64,000 nt of DNA from Ranitomeya imitator. Lineage: Eukaryota. The stretch spans positions 19,654,001-19,718,000 of the forward strand of contig NC_091290.1 of assembly GCF_032444005.1 (NCBI RefSeq), written 5' to 3'. Positions 1 through 12,500 of this stretch are shown here, piece by piece; positions within the stretch are counted from its first letter, which is position 1; every line of letters begins with the position of its first letter. Below the pieces are notes generated by a model. The model saw nothing but the letters and a program-made list of their open reading frames with translations, searched no databases and had not been told where the DNA came from. The translations under genes and the position numbers were made by a program.

Positions 1-262
1 TTTTTTTTTTAATTAAAGGGCTATTCTCAGGTTGTTTCTTGAGCAGCACACAGCTTTCCAGTCTCTTCACTGGGGTGATGGAGCAGGCAGTTCTAGTAAG
101 TAGCAGAGCTGTAGTATTAATAAAACTAGAAAACTCTGCACAGTTTCTGCCACTATAAGCAGTTTCTTCTGGAGTGTACAGTGCTATCACTATATTTGCA
201 TATAGACAGAACAGTGCATTTGAAGATGCACACAGCTTGGTACAGTGAGAGATTAGGAGTAC

Positions 263-657
263 TGGAATGCACTTCCCCAGACGATCAGACTGATATCTAG
301 CCCCGACCTATTCAAGCGCGCTTTAAAAACCCATCTCTTCAAACAAGCCGACCACATCAACTACTCAGTAAACTAACTTTGTCCTGTTTCCTCCTTCCAA
401 ACATCTCCATGCACGCGATAACTGCACTTGATACTTGACTATTGCACTTAAACACACGGGCTGATGACCGGATCATGCAGCTTCATATGAAAATCCCTAT
501 TTATTAGAATTGCCAGACCTGAAATAACAAGCACTTTTCACTTATTGTGTCCCCCATTTCCTTGTAGATTGTAAGCTTGTGAGCAGGGACCTCACCCCTA
601 ATGTCACTGTTTAAATTGTCTTAACTTGTACCGAATTTATTGTTTGTACATGTGCCC
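263..657 (+). mobile_element. L2-clade LINE 3' fragment (ORF2 C-terminus plus 3' UTR, tail missing)
   Basis: 263-349 translates WNALPQTIRLISSPDLFKRALKTHLFKQA, matching the C-terminus of the L2 at 24898-26626 (WNALPRLIRLIPNPHSFKRTLKTHLFRLA); followed by the cttgtagattgtaagc-type 3' UTR motif also seen in other L2 tails here. Confidence 0.7.
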
Positions 658-3450
658 CCCCTCCTCCTCCTGTCAGCGTCCTGTGCCCCCCTCCTCCTGT
701 CAGCGTCCAGTGCCCCCCCTCCTCCTGTCAGCGCTCTGTGCCCCCCCCCTCCTCCTGTCAGCGCTCTGTGCCCCCTCCCTCCTCCTGTCAGCGCCCTGTG
801 CCCCCCTCCTCCTCCTGTCAGCGTCCTGTGCCCCCCTCCTCCTCCTGTCAGCGTCCAGTGCCCCCCCTCCTCCTGTCAGCGCTCTGTGCCCCCTCCCTCC
901 TCCTGTCAGCACTCTGTGCCCCCTCTCTCCCGTCAGCGCTCTGTGCCCCCCCCTCCTCCTGTCAGCACTGTGCCCCCTCTCTCCCCCTGTCAACGCCCTG
1001 TGCCCCCTGCCTCCCTCTGTGCCCCCCTCCTGTCAGCGCCCTGTGCTCCTCCCTCCAGTCAGTGCCCTGTGCCCCCTCTCTCCCCGTCAGCGCCCTGTGC
1101 TCCCTCCCTCCCCGTCAGCGCCCTGTGCCCCCCCCTCCTGTCAGCGCTCTGTGCTCCCTCTCTCCCGTCAGCGCCCTGTGCCCCCTCCCTCCTGTCAGCG
1201 CCCTGTGCCCCCTGTGCCCCCCTCCTCCTGTCAGCGCCCTGTGCCCCCTCTCTCTCCCCGTCAGCGCTCTGTGCCCCCTCCCTCCTCCTGTCAGCGCCCT
1301 GTGCGCCCTCCCTCCTCCTGTCAGCGCCCTGTGCCCCCTCCCTCCTCCTGTCAGCGCCCTGTGCCCCCTCCCTCCTGTCAGCGCCCTGTGCCCCCTCCCT
1401 CCTCCTGTCAGCGCTCTGTGCCCTCTCTCCCGTCAGCGCCCTGTGCCCCCTCCCTCCCGTCAGCGCCCCCCCTCCTCCTGTCAGCACTCTGTGCCCCCTC
1501 CCTCCTCCTGTCAGCACTTTGTGCCCCCTCTCTCCCCGTCAACGCCCTGTGCCCCCTGCCTCCCTCTGTGCCCCCCTCCTGTCAGCGCCCTGTGCCCCCT
1601 CTCTCCCAGTCAGCGCTCTGTGCCCCCCCTCCTTGTCAGCGCCCTGTGCCCCCCCTCCTCCCGTCAGCGCCCTGTGCCCCCCTCCCTCCTCCCGTCAGCG
1701 CCCTGTGCCCCCTCCCTCCTCCCGTCAGCGCCCTGTGCCCCCTCCCTCCTCCCGTCAGCGCCCTGTGCCCCCTCCCTCCTCCCGTCAGCGCCCTGTGCCC
1801 CCTCCCTCCTCCCGTCAGCGCCCTGTGCCCCCTCCCTCCTCCCGTCAGCGCCCTGTGCCCCCTCCCTCCTCCCGTCAGCGCCCTGTGCCCCCTCCCTCCT
1901 CCCGTCAGCGCCCTGTGCCCCCTCCCTCCTCCCGTCAGCGCCCTGTGCTCCCTCCCTCCTCCCGTCAGCGCCCTGTGCCCCCTCCCTCCTCCCGTCAGCG
2001 CCCTGTGCCCCCTCCCTCCTCCCGTCAGCGCCCTGTGCCCCCTCCCTCCTCCCGTCAGCGCCCTGTGCCCCCTCTCTTCCCCTGTCAGCGCCCTGTGCCC
2101 CCTCTCTCCCCTGTCAGCGCCCTGTGCCCCCTCTCTCCCCTGTCAGCGCCCTGTGCCCCCCCTCCTCCCCCTGTCAGCGCTCTGTGCCCCCTCTCTCCCC
2201 CTGTCAGCGCCCTGTGCCCCCTCCCTCCTCCTGTCAGCACTCTGTGCCCCCTCTCTCCCCCTGTCAGCGCCCTGTGCCCCCTCCCTCCTCCTGTCAGCGC
2301 TCTGTGCCCCCTCCCTCCTCCTGTCAGCGCTCTGTGCCCCCTCCCTCCCCTGTCAGCGCCCTGTGTCCCCTCTCCCCCTGTCAGCGCCCTGTGCCCCCTC
2401 TCTCCCCTGTCAGCGCCCTGTGCCCCCTCTCTCCCCTGTCAGCGCCCTGTGCCCCCTCTCTCCCCTGTCAGCGCCCTGTGCCCCCTCTCTCCCCTGTCAG
2501 CGCCCTGTGCCCCCTCTCTCCCCTGTCAGCGCCCTGTGCCCCCTCTCTCCCGTCAGCGCCCTGTGCCCCCTCTCTCCCCTGTCAGCGCCCTGTGCCTCCT
2601 CTCTCCCGTCAGCGCCATGTGCCCCCTCTCTCCCCTGTCAGCGCCCTGTGCCCCCTCTCTCCGCCTGTCTGCGCCCTGTGCCCCCTCTCTCCCCTGTCAG
2701 CGCCCTGTGCCCCCTCTCTCCCCTGTCAGCGCCCTGTGCCCCCTCTCTCCCGTCAGCGCCATGTGCCCCCTCTCTCCGCCTGTCTGCGCCCTGTGCCCCC
2801 TGCCTCCCTCTGTGCCCCCCTCCTGTCAGCGCTCTGTGCCCCCTCTCTCCCCCTGTCAGCGCCCTGTGCCCCCTCTCTCCTCCTGTCAGCGCCCTGTGCC
2901 CCCTGCCTCCCTCTGTGCCCCCTCCCTCCTGTCAGCGCCCTGTGCCCCCTGCCTCCCTCTGTGCCCCCTCTCTCCCCGTCAGCGCCCTGTGCCCCCTGCC
3001 TCCCTCTGTGCCCCCCTCCTGTCAGCGCCCTGTGCCCCCTCTCTCCCCCTGTCAGCGCCCTGTGCCCCCTCTCTCCCCCTGTCAGCGCCCTGTGCCCCCT
3101 CTCTCCCCCTGTCAGTGCCCTGTGCCCCCTCTCTCCCCGTCAGTGCCCTCTCTTTCCCCCTGTCAGCGCCCTGTGCCCCCTCCCTCCTGTCAGCGCCCTG
3201 TGCCCCCCTCCTGTCAGCGCCCTGTGCCCCCTCTCTCCCCCTGTCAGTGCCCTGTGCCCCCTCTTTCCCCCTGTCAGCGCCCTGTGCCCCCTCCCTCCTG
3301 TCAGCGCCCTGTGCCCCCTCCCTCCTGTCAGCGCCCTGTGCCCCCTCCCTCCTGTCAGCGCCCTGTGCCCCCTCCCTCCTGTCAGCGCCCTGTGCCCCCC
3401 CGCCTCCCTCTGTGCCCCCTGCCTCCCTCTGTGCCCCCCTCCTGTCAGCG
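648..3450. repeat. C-rich (G-rich on minus) minisatellite, 26-30 bp unit, in TTC17 intron 1
   Basis: Tandem ctgtcagcgccctgtgccccctc(c/t)ctcc; homogeneous 30-bp core cccgtcagcgccctgtgccccctccctcct at about 1690-2070. Confidence 0.97.
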
Positions 3451-3457
3451 CCGTTAC

Positions 3458-3637
3458 CTGCTGCTGGATCTTGCCGTCCTCAGTCACCACCCAGTGTGTT
3501 GTGGCCCCCGAGGGCCCCACTGTACAGAGCAGAGAGATAAGTCCTAGCACACAGGCCCAGCCCTGCGGGCTCCTGACTGCCGCCGCCTGCGCTCCGTTGT
3601 CGGGGGGGCACTGCGGCCCGCTCCTGCTCTCCGCCAT
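3458..3637 (-). CDS. TTC17: Tetratricopeptide repeat protein 17, coding exon 1 (gene continues beyond left edge)
   Basis: MAESRSGPQ...LGLISLLCTVGPSGATTHWVVTEDGKIQQQ|gtaacg; ATTHWVVTEDGKIQQQV is the conserved TTC17 N-terminal motif; TTC17 lies directly downstream of API5 on the same strand in human. Start ATG uncertain (in-frame ATGs also at 3670 and 3697). Confidence 0.9.
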
Positions 3638-3900
3638 CTTTCCTGCTGAAATCACTTCCGCCGCGCACATCGGAAAAGGAAGCAAAGCAGTCGCCATCTT
3701 GCTAGAGGCAAACTCCACAGACGGCGGTAAAATGCGGCGCTGCAGGTCCCAGCGGAGGCGGCTCCGGGCTGCCAGGAGATGGGAGTGATCACCGTCAGCC
3801 AATCAGCAGATGCCCAAAGCATCATGTGACCACTGTGTGTGTCACGACTCTTTTCCTAGCTGTTGACTGGATGGGAGCAGTCACATGACACAAATGACCA
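3630..3900 (-). promoter_or_regulatory. CpG-rich TTC17 promoter/5' UTR
   Basis: YY1-type CGCCATCTT at 3633-3640 region and 3693-3700 region, CCAAT at 3799-3803, CATGTG/CACATG E-boxes near 3824 and 3882; motifs only, no functional data. Confidence 0.5.
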
Positions 3901-6044
3901 GTCACACCCACCCTCAGGGTTAGGGCTGGCAATAAGGGCCCATTCACACCGTGCGCTCAAATCATTTTTTGTTTTCACAGCAATTTTTGTGGAATCACAA
4001 TAAAAAAGGAGGTTTTTTTTTTTTTTATTGTAGCATCTTGCTTTAACCCCCTTCCCACCATGACCAATATTTATATTTTATATGTCTCTTATTTCCTTTT
4101 CAATGAGCTAGAAAAAAAAACCCATTCTGTCCCCTGACCACTCAGTAGTCGTCTGCTTGTAACCATCAGCCAATGTTGAGAGGTAAAACCGCAGTGTAAA
4201 GCATGGGGGGCGCTAATGGGCACGAGGAGGCGCTAGCTTTCCTGACGCTTGCTATGCCGTTGTAGCCCTGAAGGTGGCGCTAATTCCCAGCAGGATGGGC
4301 TGTGGGTTATAGCACTAGCGACACCCGGCCAGTATGATTGTGTGGCGCCAGCGAGCGTCCATGGGCCGCACTTGGTTCACGTTAGGTCTCGCCTTTTCCA
4401 TACAAACGGCATTACTGCAGCGGGAAAAATAAAAGGTACAAACAAGCATTTATATTTTCTTTAATATGTGAAAATAAAAGATACAACCGGGATCCGTAAA
4501 ACACAATTTAAAGAGGTCGCCCAAACTAAATAAAAAAAAAAAAAAAGCGTCCTGCAGACAGCCAAGCTCCGGAAATCGACGCTCGTGTTCCAGAACCACA
4601 TACATCATGCTCTCCCCAAGCTCATCTTCCCTACAAGAGATTTATGCAGGAATCAGTGGTGATTGGCTGCAGCGGTCACATAGGGTATAGATTGGCTTCG
4701 ACAGTTGCTGCTCATCAGAGTAATCGCCTGCAGCAGCATCAGACATCCATGTACAGAGTGGATGAGGGGCCTCATAGGATCACATATGGGACCGCCACGT
4801 TCAGGTCAGCGCATCGCGGGCAGTGTTACACGGATCCCAAAAACATGGATCCCACGTTCCCACATTGTTTATAGGAACGAAGACAGAACCCCCCAAATAA
4901 AGTGATTACAGTAACAAACTTTGGGAACTTTCCATGCTGGACAAAATTATATATATAAAAAAGTTTTGCTACTCTTTAAAGGGAAGTATGAACCAGTGGG
5001 CAGTTGTCACATACAAGTACTATACACTCCGGTCTGATGAATGTGACAATCACAGAGACAATTTACACCCCCAAAAAAATTCCAGCACATAGATCCAAAA
5101 AAAAAAGAACGCTTTCCAGTATTGTTAAAGTGTGAATAAAAAAAAAAAGGAAAGGAAAAGGTGTAATAATAATTAAAAAAAAAGACCTATTGTTTAGATC
5201 TGATGTATTATGTATTTAAATATGAAAAATATATATCAGGATTTTTATTTTAAAAAAAATGTAATCGTACCATTTTCACATAGGGTTACTGGGGTCATTT
5301 CTGTCATTTCTCAGAGGCAACATTACAATGACAGACGATACCTCAATATACAGCTGATAACAGCAGATAGGGATATCACAGCTCACCTCCTCCCTGTCAC
5401 TTCACAATGACCTTTGCACACGCTCATTAAAGGCTTCAATACAAATGAGTCAGTCTGATCACTGCTGCTAATGTTCAGGTGGTTTTCCCGAAACAAGAAG
5501 TTAGAGCTTAAACAAAAACAAAAAAAAAAAAGACTAAAAAAGTGAGACTAGCCAGATTTCTAAATTTTTTTTTTATTTTTAACTTTTAATAAAAATTCCC
5601 TTAAACATGATACATCAACTTATTTGGGATAACAGAAAAAAAAAATTGGAGTCTGGCTCAACAGGACTGGATTTTCCTTTTCAAAAGAAAATATGGTGCA
5701 TACAAAAGAAAAATGTACAGGGTCGACATGACCCAGTATTGTCCTTGATGCGAGGCCGGTGTCTGAGCCACAGGTAGATGAGCCGGAATCAAGTTTCTAT
5801 AATCAACTTATTTGACCAGTTATTCAGTATTTTAACTAAGTTGTGTAATGCAATTTTATTCTGTGAGGATAGAAACCCTCCGAAAATCGAAGTGTGGGGC
5901 CAACGTGTTACCCTAGTAATCAGCATCCAAATTACTGGGGTGTGACTGTGGCCTTGAACCAGCTAAAACTTAATTATAATGATTTATTGAAGCTTTTTCA
6001 TTTGAAAAGTGACCAAAACTAACAGTAAGAGCTGCTCGGTTTAA

Positions 6045-6403
6045 GGCTATGTGCACACGCTGCAGATTTTGCTGCGAACCGCAGCAAATTTGACCGCTGC
6101 GGATCCGCAGCCGTTTTCCCAAAGTTTATAGTACCATGTAAACCTATGGGGAAAAAAAAAACGCAGTGCACATGCTGCGGAAAAATCCACGCAGAAACGC
6201 TGCGGATTATTTTCCGCAGCATGTTAATTGTTTGTGCGGACTCCGCAGCGGGTTTCAACCAGCACCAATAGGAAAGTGCTGGTGAAAACCCGCAGAAGAA
6301 TCCGCAGAATAAACCGCAGGAAAATCCGCAGTGAAAACCGCAGTGGTTTTGCACTGCGGATTTTCCAAATCCACAGGAAAATCCGCAGCGTGGGCACATA
6401 CCC
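6045..6403. mobile_element. PIF/Harbinger (Tourist-like) MITE
   Basis: Imperfect TIRs GGCTATGTGCACACGCTGCAGAT / rc GGGTATGTGCCCACGCTGCGGAT; TAA and TTA flanks; internal ccgcag/ctgcgg repeats; same family as 43079-43366. Confidence 0.7.
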
Positions 6404-7097
6404 TTACACCGCCTGGATCAAGAAGTCTCTGAGTGTTGCTCACCCTCGCACACAAGTAGTCAATACGGCAGGGAACACGTGATGCGTTGTTACAGTGAAT
6501 GTCCAGCTTAGAACACTTTTATTGTTCATTAAGTATATCCAACATAAAGTTTAGAATAATTTATCTTAATAGAAAACCTTTGTTTTATGATACAGCTTAG
6601 CGCTAAACTGTAAAATGTTGTCTGATACAGTCACCACCAGAGGGCGTATGCTGCATAACAATAAAACCACAGGCAGGAAGCTCCTTGGAACCGAAGCTGT
6701 GGGGGGTGGGAGATCTGTGTCAGACAGACCACTGACCAAAACGACGATACCCGATGCAGCGACTCTTTCCCGTTTCTGATGGGGAGAGATACCAATGCAT
6801 GCACCAGGTAGCATAGCTGCCAATAACCATCAGTCACCTAGCAGCACTAGTCCTGTACTGATTAACAGGAACAAAGTCTGCCCAGCGTACAGCACCATCA
6901 TATGCAGAAAGGAGATGCGCTGCTCAAGTCTTTCATGAGATTAATCATTGCAAAAAACTTGGCCCTAAACTTGACCTTCTGTGATGGATGATCGTCAGAA
7001 CACTTGCCAACCACAAATGATACGTCAGGACCTTTGAACTGGTTCAAAATTAGGAAAAAAAACAAAAATGTTTCTTACTTTAAATTTTAATAGTCGT

Positions 7098-8308
7098 CCC
7101 ATAACTGGTCGCTCCCAATAGTCGTCCCATAACTGACCGCTCCCAATAGTCGTCCAATATCGGACTGCTCCCAATAGTCGTCCCATAACTGGTCGCTCCC
7201 AATAGTCGTCCCATAACTAATCGCTCCCAATAGTCGTCCAATATCGGACCGCTCCCAATAGTCGTCCCATAACTGGTCGCTCCCAATAGTCGTCCCATAA
7301 CTAATCGCTCCCAATAGTCGTCCAATATCGGACTGCTCCCAATAGTCATCCCATAACTGATCGCTCCCCAATAGTCGTCCCATAACTAATCGCTCCCAAT
7401 AGTCATCCCATAACTGATCGCTCCCCAATAGTCGTCCCATAACTGACCGCTACCCAATAGTCGTCCCATAACTGATCGCTCCCAATAGTCATCCCATAAC
7501 TGATCGCTCCCCAATAGTCGTCCCATAACTAATCGCTCCCAATAGTCATCCCATAACTGATCGCTCCCAATAGTCATCCCATAACTGATCGCTCCCCAAT
7601 AGTCGTCCCATAACTGACCGCTCCCAATAGTCGTCCCATAACTAATCGCTCCCAATAGTCATCCCATAACTGATCGCTCCCAATAGTCGTCCCATAACTG
7701 GTCGCTCCCCAATAGTCGTCCCATAACTGACCGCTCCCCAATAGTCGTCCCATAACTAATCGCTCCCAATAGTCGTCCCATAACTAATCGCTCCCAATAG
7801 TCGTCCCATAACTAATCGCTCCCAATAGTCATCCCATAACTGATCGCTCCCAATAGTCGTCCCATAACTGGTCGCTCCCCAATAGTCGTCCCATAACTGA
7901 CCGCTCCCCAATAGTCGTCCCATAACTAATCGCTCCCAATAGTCATCCCATAACTGATCGCTCCCAATAGTCATCCCATAACTGATCGCTCCCCAATAGT
8001 CGTCCCATAACTGACCGCTCCCAATAGTCGTCCCATAACTAATCGCTCCCAATAGTCATCCCATAACTGATCGCTCCCAATAGTCGTCCCATAACTGGTC
8101 GCTCCCCAATAGTCGTCCCATAACTGACCGCTCCCCAATAGTCGTCCCATAACTAATCGCTCCCAATAGTCGTCCCATAACTAATCGCTCCCAATAGTCG
8201 TCCCATAACTAATCGCTCCCAATAGTCATCCCATAACTGATCGCTCCCAATAGTCGTCCCATAACTGATCGCTCCCCAATAGTCGTCCCATAACTGACCG
8301 CTCCCAAT
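7098..8308. repeat. 28-29 bp minisatellite
   Basis: Tandem aatagtc(g/a)tcccataact(g/a)(a/g)(t/c)cgctccc(c), about 42 copies. Confidence 0.97.
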
Positions 8309-9477
8309 AACCACCCTACCGTTTTAAGTATCCCTATTGCCTAACTTCCCTAAAGCCAGACCATTGCCCAACTCTTAAGAACTGCATTTCGCAGTTTAAT
8401 GCGTTATTGCCTACTCAGCGCAGACTATCCTGCCAGAAAGACTTTGCTTGGCAGTGAGAAATCTGATGCCAGAAGTGGTTCCAGAAGGAAACACAAATCT
8501 TCCTTTAAGACTTCACATACCTTATAATATTCCTGGCTTTCAGCTAAAAAAAAAAAAAAAAAAAAAAAAAAAGCACCAAAAACTGCATGTGTGATGCCTG
8601 CTTCAGACGGGCACGTATAAGCAGTCATAACGGAAGCGCCGGCTCGCAGTAAAGACATTGCATGCAACAGCCTAGGACTGATTTTAATATTGGAATGTTT
8701 CATGAGTGTTTATGGCGCCGGGTAACCTGAACATTAGGTTTCTATTTCAAGCCATAATAAGAAAAACAGAAAACAAGAACAACTCTTGTCAAAGCCCAAA
8801 ATGGTATTTTCCCACTTATAAACACAAAAACAGCACACAGCGGTAACACTTCTGAAAAAAATTTCCAAGGCAAAATTACAAGTAGGAAAGAAATATGTCC
8901 AAGCTCTCGTATACACAATCATGGGTACATTATACCCCCCAAAAAATAAAAATAATTAGAAACCGCTTCAGGGGGGAAAAAAATTTATGTCCCGCAGCTT
9001 TACCATAAAATAATAAATTAAATAAAAAATTAAATTGGACAGAACCAAACAGTGAGATGGAAGGAGACATCTAGCGGTACCTTATGCACCGATCCTTGTG
9101 ATGAAGGCATATTTTGGCAATAAACCAAAAAAAATGTATTGAAATTAAACCTTGCTTTAAAAAGGAATTCTGCACCCCCCTTTGAATTATGGATGTCAAA
9201 ACCAACTGGAAAGTTCAGGAGAATGTCCTCAAGCCATATGGTAAATGCTAGAGTTCTGGTCTTATTCAGCGAGTATTAGCAGTTCTGGACCTTTGATGTG
9301 AGGCGTCGGGGTTTGTGGATGAAGGTGCAGCAACGTCTGTATACAAAAAAAACGGTAGGTACATACAAAGGTATAAAGAACGCTTTTCATGATAAAAAGT
9401 CTGTTGCCGTTGGCGAGTGATCAGCAGTCCATCCTTACGACAGCGATTACTGCAGGTCGTCTTCTAGCCGATGCTTA

Positions 9478-9557
9478 TCAATAAACTCTGCCTCGGCTGT
9501 TATTCCCGCGTCCTCCCCAACCTCTCCCCCGGCCTCCGCGAAATCCTCCTCTTTGTT
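9478..9557 (-). CDS. API5: API5 exon 14 (terminal, TGA at 9478-9480)
   Basis: cag|AA CAA AGA GGA GGA TTT CGC...GTT TAT TGA. Confidence 0.92.
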
Positions 9558-12500
9558 CTGCAAGATGAAAATATCAAATAATTAGGAATCTAAGTCAGAA
9601 TATACCAGTGCTTTATACTTCAAGGTGTTGCTTTACAATATTTTTAAAGATTTCTATACAATGCTGGATGCAGTAGAAAGCGCTTCTTGGATGGGCGACA
9701 ATGTTTTTATGGGCCTTTTTACATAGTGCTAAAGAAGGCACTGTGCACAGGATCCTCAGGGGCGTGTCTTTAGGCTGCTCTGCATTGTTACCCTGTAACT
9801 AGCCATTTTCACCTGGTGACGGGTCCTTTAAGTGCCAGAGCTGGCTGTATACACAACACATGTTCACAAATGATACTCACCATAAGAGAAGTTTCCCAGG
9901 CTTCCACTGTATTTTCCGCTAGGAGGATTGTAGATCTGTCTCGAATCCCTCTTTGGTCCTGCAATTATTTTCTTCGGAGGGGAACTAGATGAACTGTCTT
10001 CACTTGACCTCTTTTGTCTGAAAAGGGTAGAAAAAAAAAAGTGTAAAACCTCACATATCGGACATGTAGGAGTAAACCACAAAGTATGGAATCCAATGTC
10101 ACCATCACTCAGGTGAGAACTGACAGTGGGAGTGCCAAAAAGATATATACCGTAGATACCCTGTGTATATGGCAGATATTATGCAGCGGGCACTGATTAG
10201 ATTTATGTCCAACCTTTGGAACACATTATGCAGAAGACAAAGCATCATTGGTGCAGGGTGACTGCCATCATCACCAGCAAGAGACACTAACTAAACAAGG
10301 ATATTTGGTCTTTTCTAGTTGGTGACTGCATATTAAAAAATGCAAAGAATTGCATTGTTCGCCATCATGTCAGTAGAACTGTGGCGGAGACACAGCAATG
10401 TAGTATAACATCAAGGACGAGGTGCAATACTTCTAGCCAAAGATACAAAAAATTAGAATTAAATAATGACAGCAATCTCTGTCATACCCACCCAAGTTCT
10501 GTCTTCTGAACTGGCTTCCAAGACAACGTCACCGTGCTCTTATAGGATGGAGGGTTATGGAACAGATCCTAAGGGAATACAATCAATTATAAGGACATGT
10601 GACAAAGCTCCGACGGCAGAAAAAAAAAATTAAAACATTTCAATTTGTTTCTAGCAAGGGTCTAATGGCATTTTTTTCTTTGCTGCCATGCGATGAAAAT
10701 GTAGTAAAATGATGGGTAAGTAGTTCTGATGAACTAAGAACTGCATATGTGACCCAACAGGATCATAGGCTTACCTTGATCAGCACATTAATATTGTTTG
10801 TAATTTTTAGGGCTACCACTTTGATCTTGTTCTGCAAAGATAAGAAAATAATACACAAGGTATGAGGACATGGATAGAATCTTCAAAGGAAGGGGGATCA
10901 GGATGATTTGTCAGTTTATTAGTAATTATTAACAAGGCAGACAAACAAGTTTTGCAAAAAAAAAAAAAAAACAATTTTTTTACCTCTTCTGTTTTTAGAG
11001 AATCTCCAGTTTTTCCCTGCAGAGCCAAGCGGAGCTGCCTGATGTAGACCTGGAGTCCTCTGGCGAAGTACTGTAGCCTGCAGAGCAAACATTTACTTTA
11101 GACTTTAGACTTCTCACCCATCCCTTGTAGATTATGAGCCCTCGCGGGCAGGGTCCTCATTCCTCCTGTACCAGTTATGACTTGTATTGTTTAAGATTAT
11201 TGTACTTGTTTTCATTATGTATACCCCTCCTCACATGTAAAGCGCCATGGAATAAATGGCGCTATAACAATAAATAATAATAATAATAATAATAATGACA
11301 TCCCCCACTTTAACCCTCTAAATTCAGACCCATATCGCGATTCAATACTGACCGGATTTTGAAGTCTTTCAGTTTCTCTGCATTGACTTTGCCAATCAGA
11401 AAGTCGGGCATTTTCCTTCCAAGCTGATGGAAGCTGAAGAGTAAGCATTCGACGTAACTGAACTGAAGTTTCGGCTCTTCATTTGCAGAGTTCTCCCCAT
11501 TTTCTGCTTCTTCGGGTGGAAGAGGCATGTACTCCTGCATATAAATAATTAAAAAGGTGTAAAGAGCAATGACTGGACAGATTAGAGCTCAAAAGTCCTG
11601 TGCTTTTTCAATCAGGATTCTGGTCCTTATACCTCAGAATAGAACTATTTATTTTTCCCTCTGACTCTAAGACAATGTTTTTAATCCTTTATTCTCATAT
11701 ATAGTCATCAGAACGTCGGTAGAGACACAAAATCCCGACTAGTGGTGAAAAAAAAGCAGCACGAATGCTAATTTTTAAACACCATGAATCTTAGATCACA
11801 GACATCCTCGGTTCCCAATGACTCATATAAAATGCTGTGGCTTCTATGGACTACATGCAGATTCTCAACTCATTCACTTAACATTATAAGCTCCTTTTTC
11901 TTTTGTCTGGTTGTACTTTTTCCTTGATTGTAAAATTGCTGTGGAATATGTTAGTGCAATATACATAATTATTTTTGAGATTGGGCAGCCATTGACAATT
12001 ATGGTCAGGTAAAGTCCTAAAGTCAACATCCTTTAGAAAAGGGAGCAAAAAAAATTAGAGAAAAAAGGGTATAGAAGATAAACTCCTCTTTATACAAGAG
12101 TGTAAGTACATACCAGCAACTTATCAAAAAGCTTGTTCAAGTTCGATTCTAATTTATCCATGTCTCCACAGAAGGAACTCATCTCGGCCAACAGCTTCAA
12201 TACCTTAAGGAAAAAAAAAAAAAAATCATAATTATAAGGGGCACACATCACTCCTTACACTACAATCTAGACAGAACTGACTACAGCCAATCACCGGAGA
12301 TACGTTACCTCCAACTGGACATCGATGCCCTCGGCTGGGCTGGTCAGGGTGTTGAGGATGGGGAGAACGTGCTCACAGAAATGGGTCACAAACTTTGTGG
12401 AGTGAACGTTTTTCTACAAAAGGAAAGTCAGAATTATTATTTGCAGAGATAATACTCTTCAGGAGGTTAGACAACCTGTCGGCACCACAGCACACTTACT

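Noticed and set aside
626-3788. Three ORFs of about 970-1016 aa on the plus strand (Pro/Ser/Cys-rich)
   Set aside because: Translations of a stop-free C-rich minisatellite in all three frames; no domain content; lies antisense in TTC17 intron 1
3140-3802. 220-aa ORF on minus as a whole protein
   Set aside because: Only the part down to the donor at 3458 is TTC17; the rest is intron read-through, and the listed start is a TTG
6975-7050. Possible C/D snoRNA (gtgatggatga...)
   Set aside because: No correctly placed CTGA D box or terminal stem; intergenic
7080-8052. Short repetitive ORFs (WDDYWER...)
   Set aside because: Products of the 28-bp array
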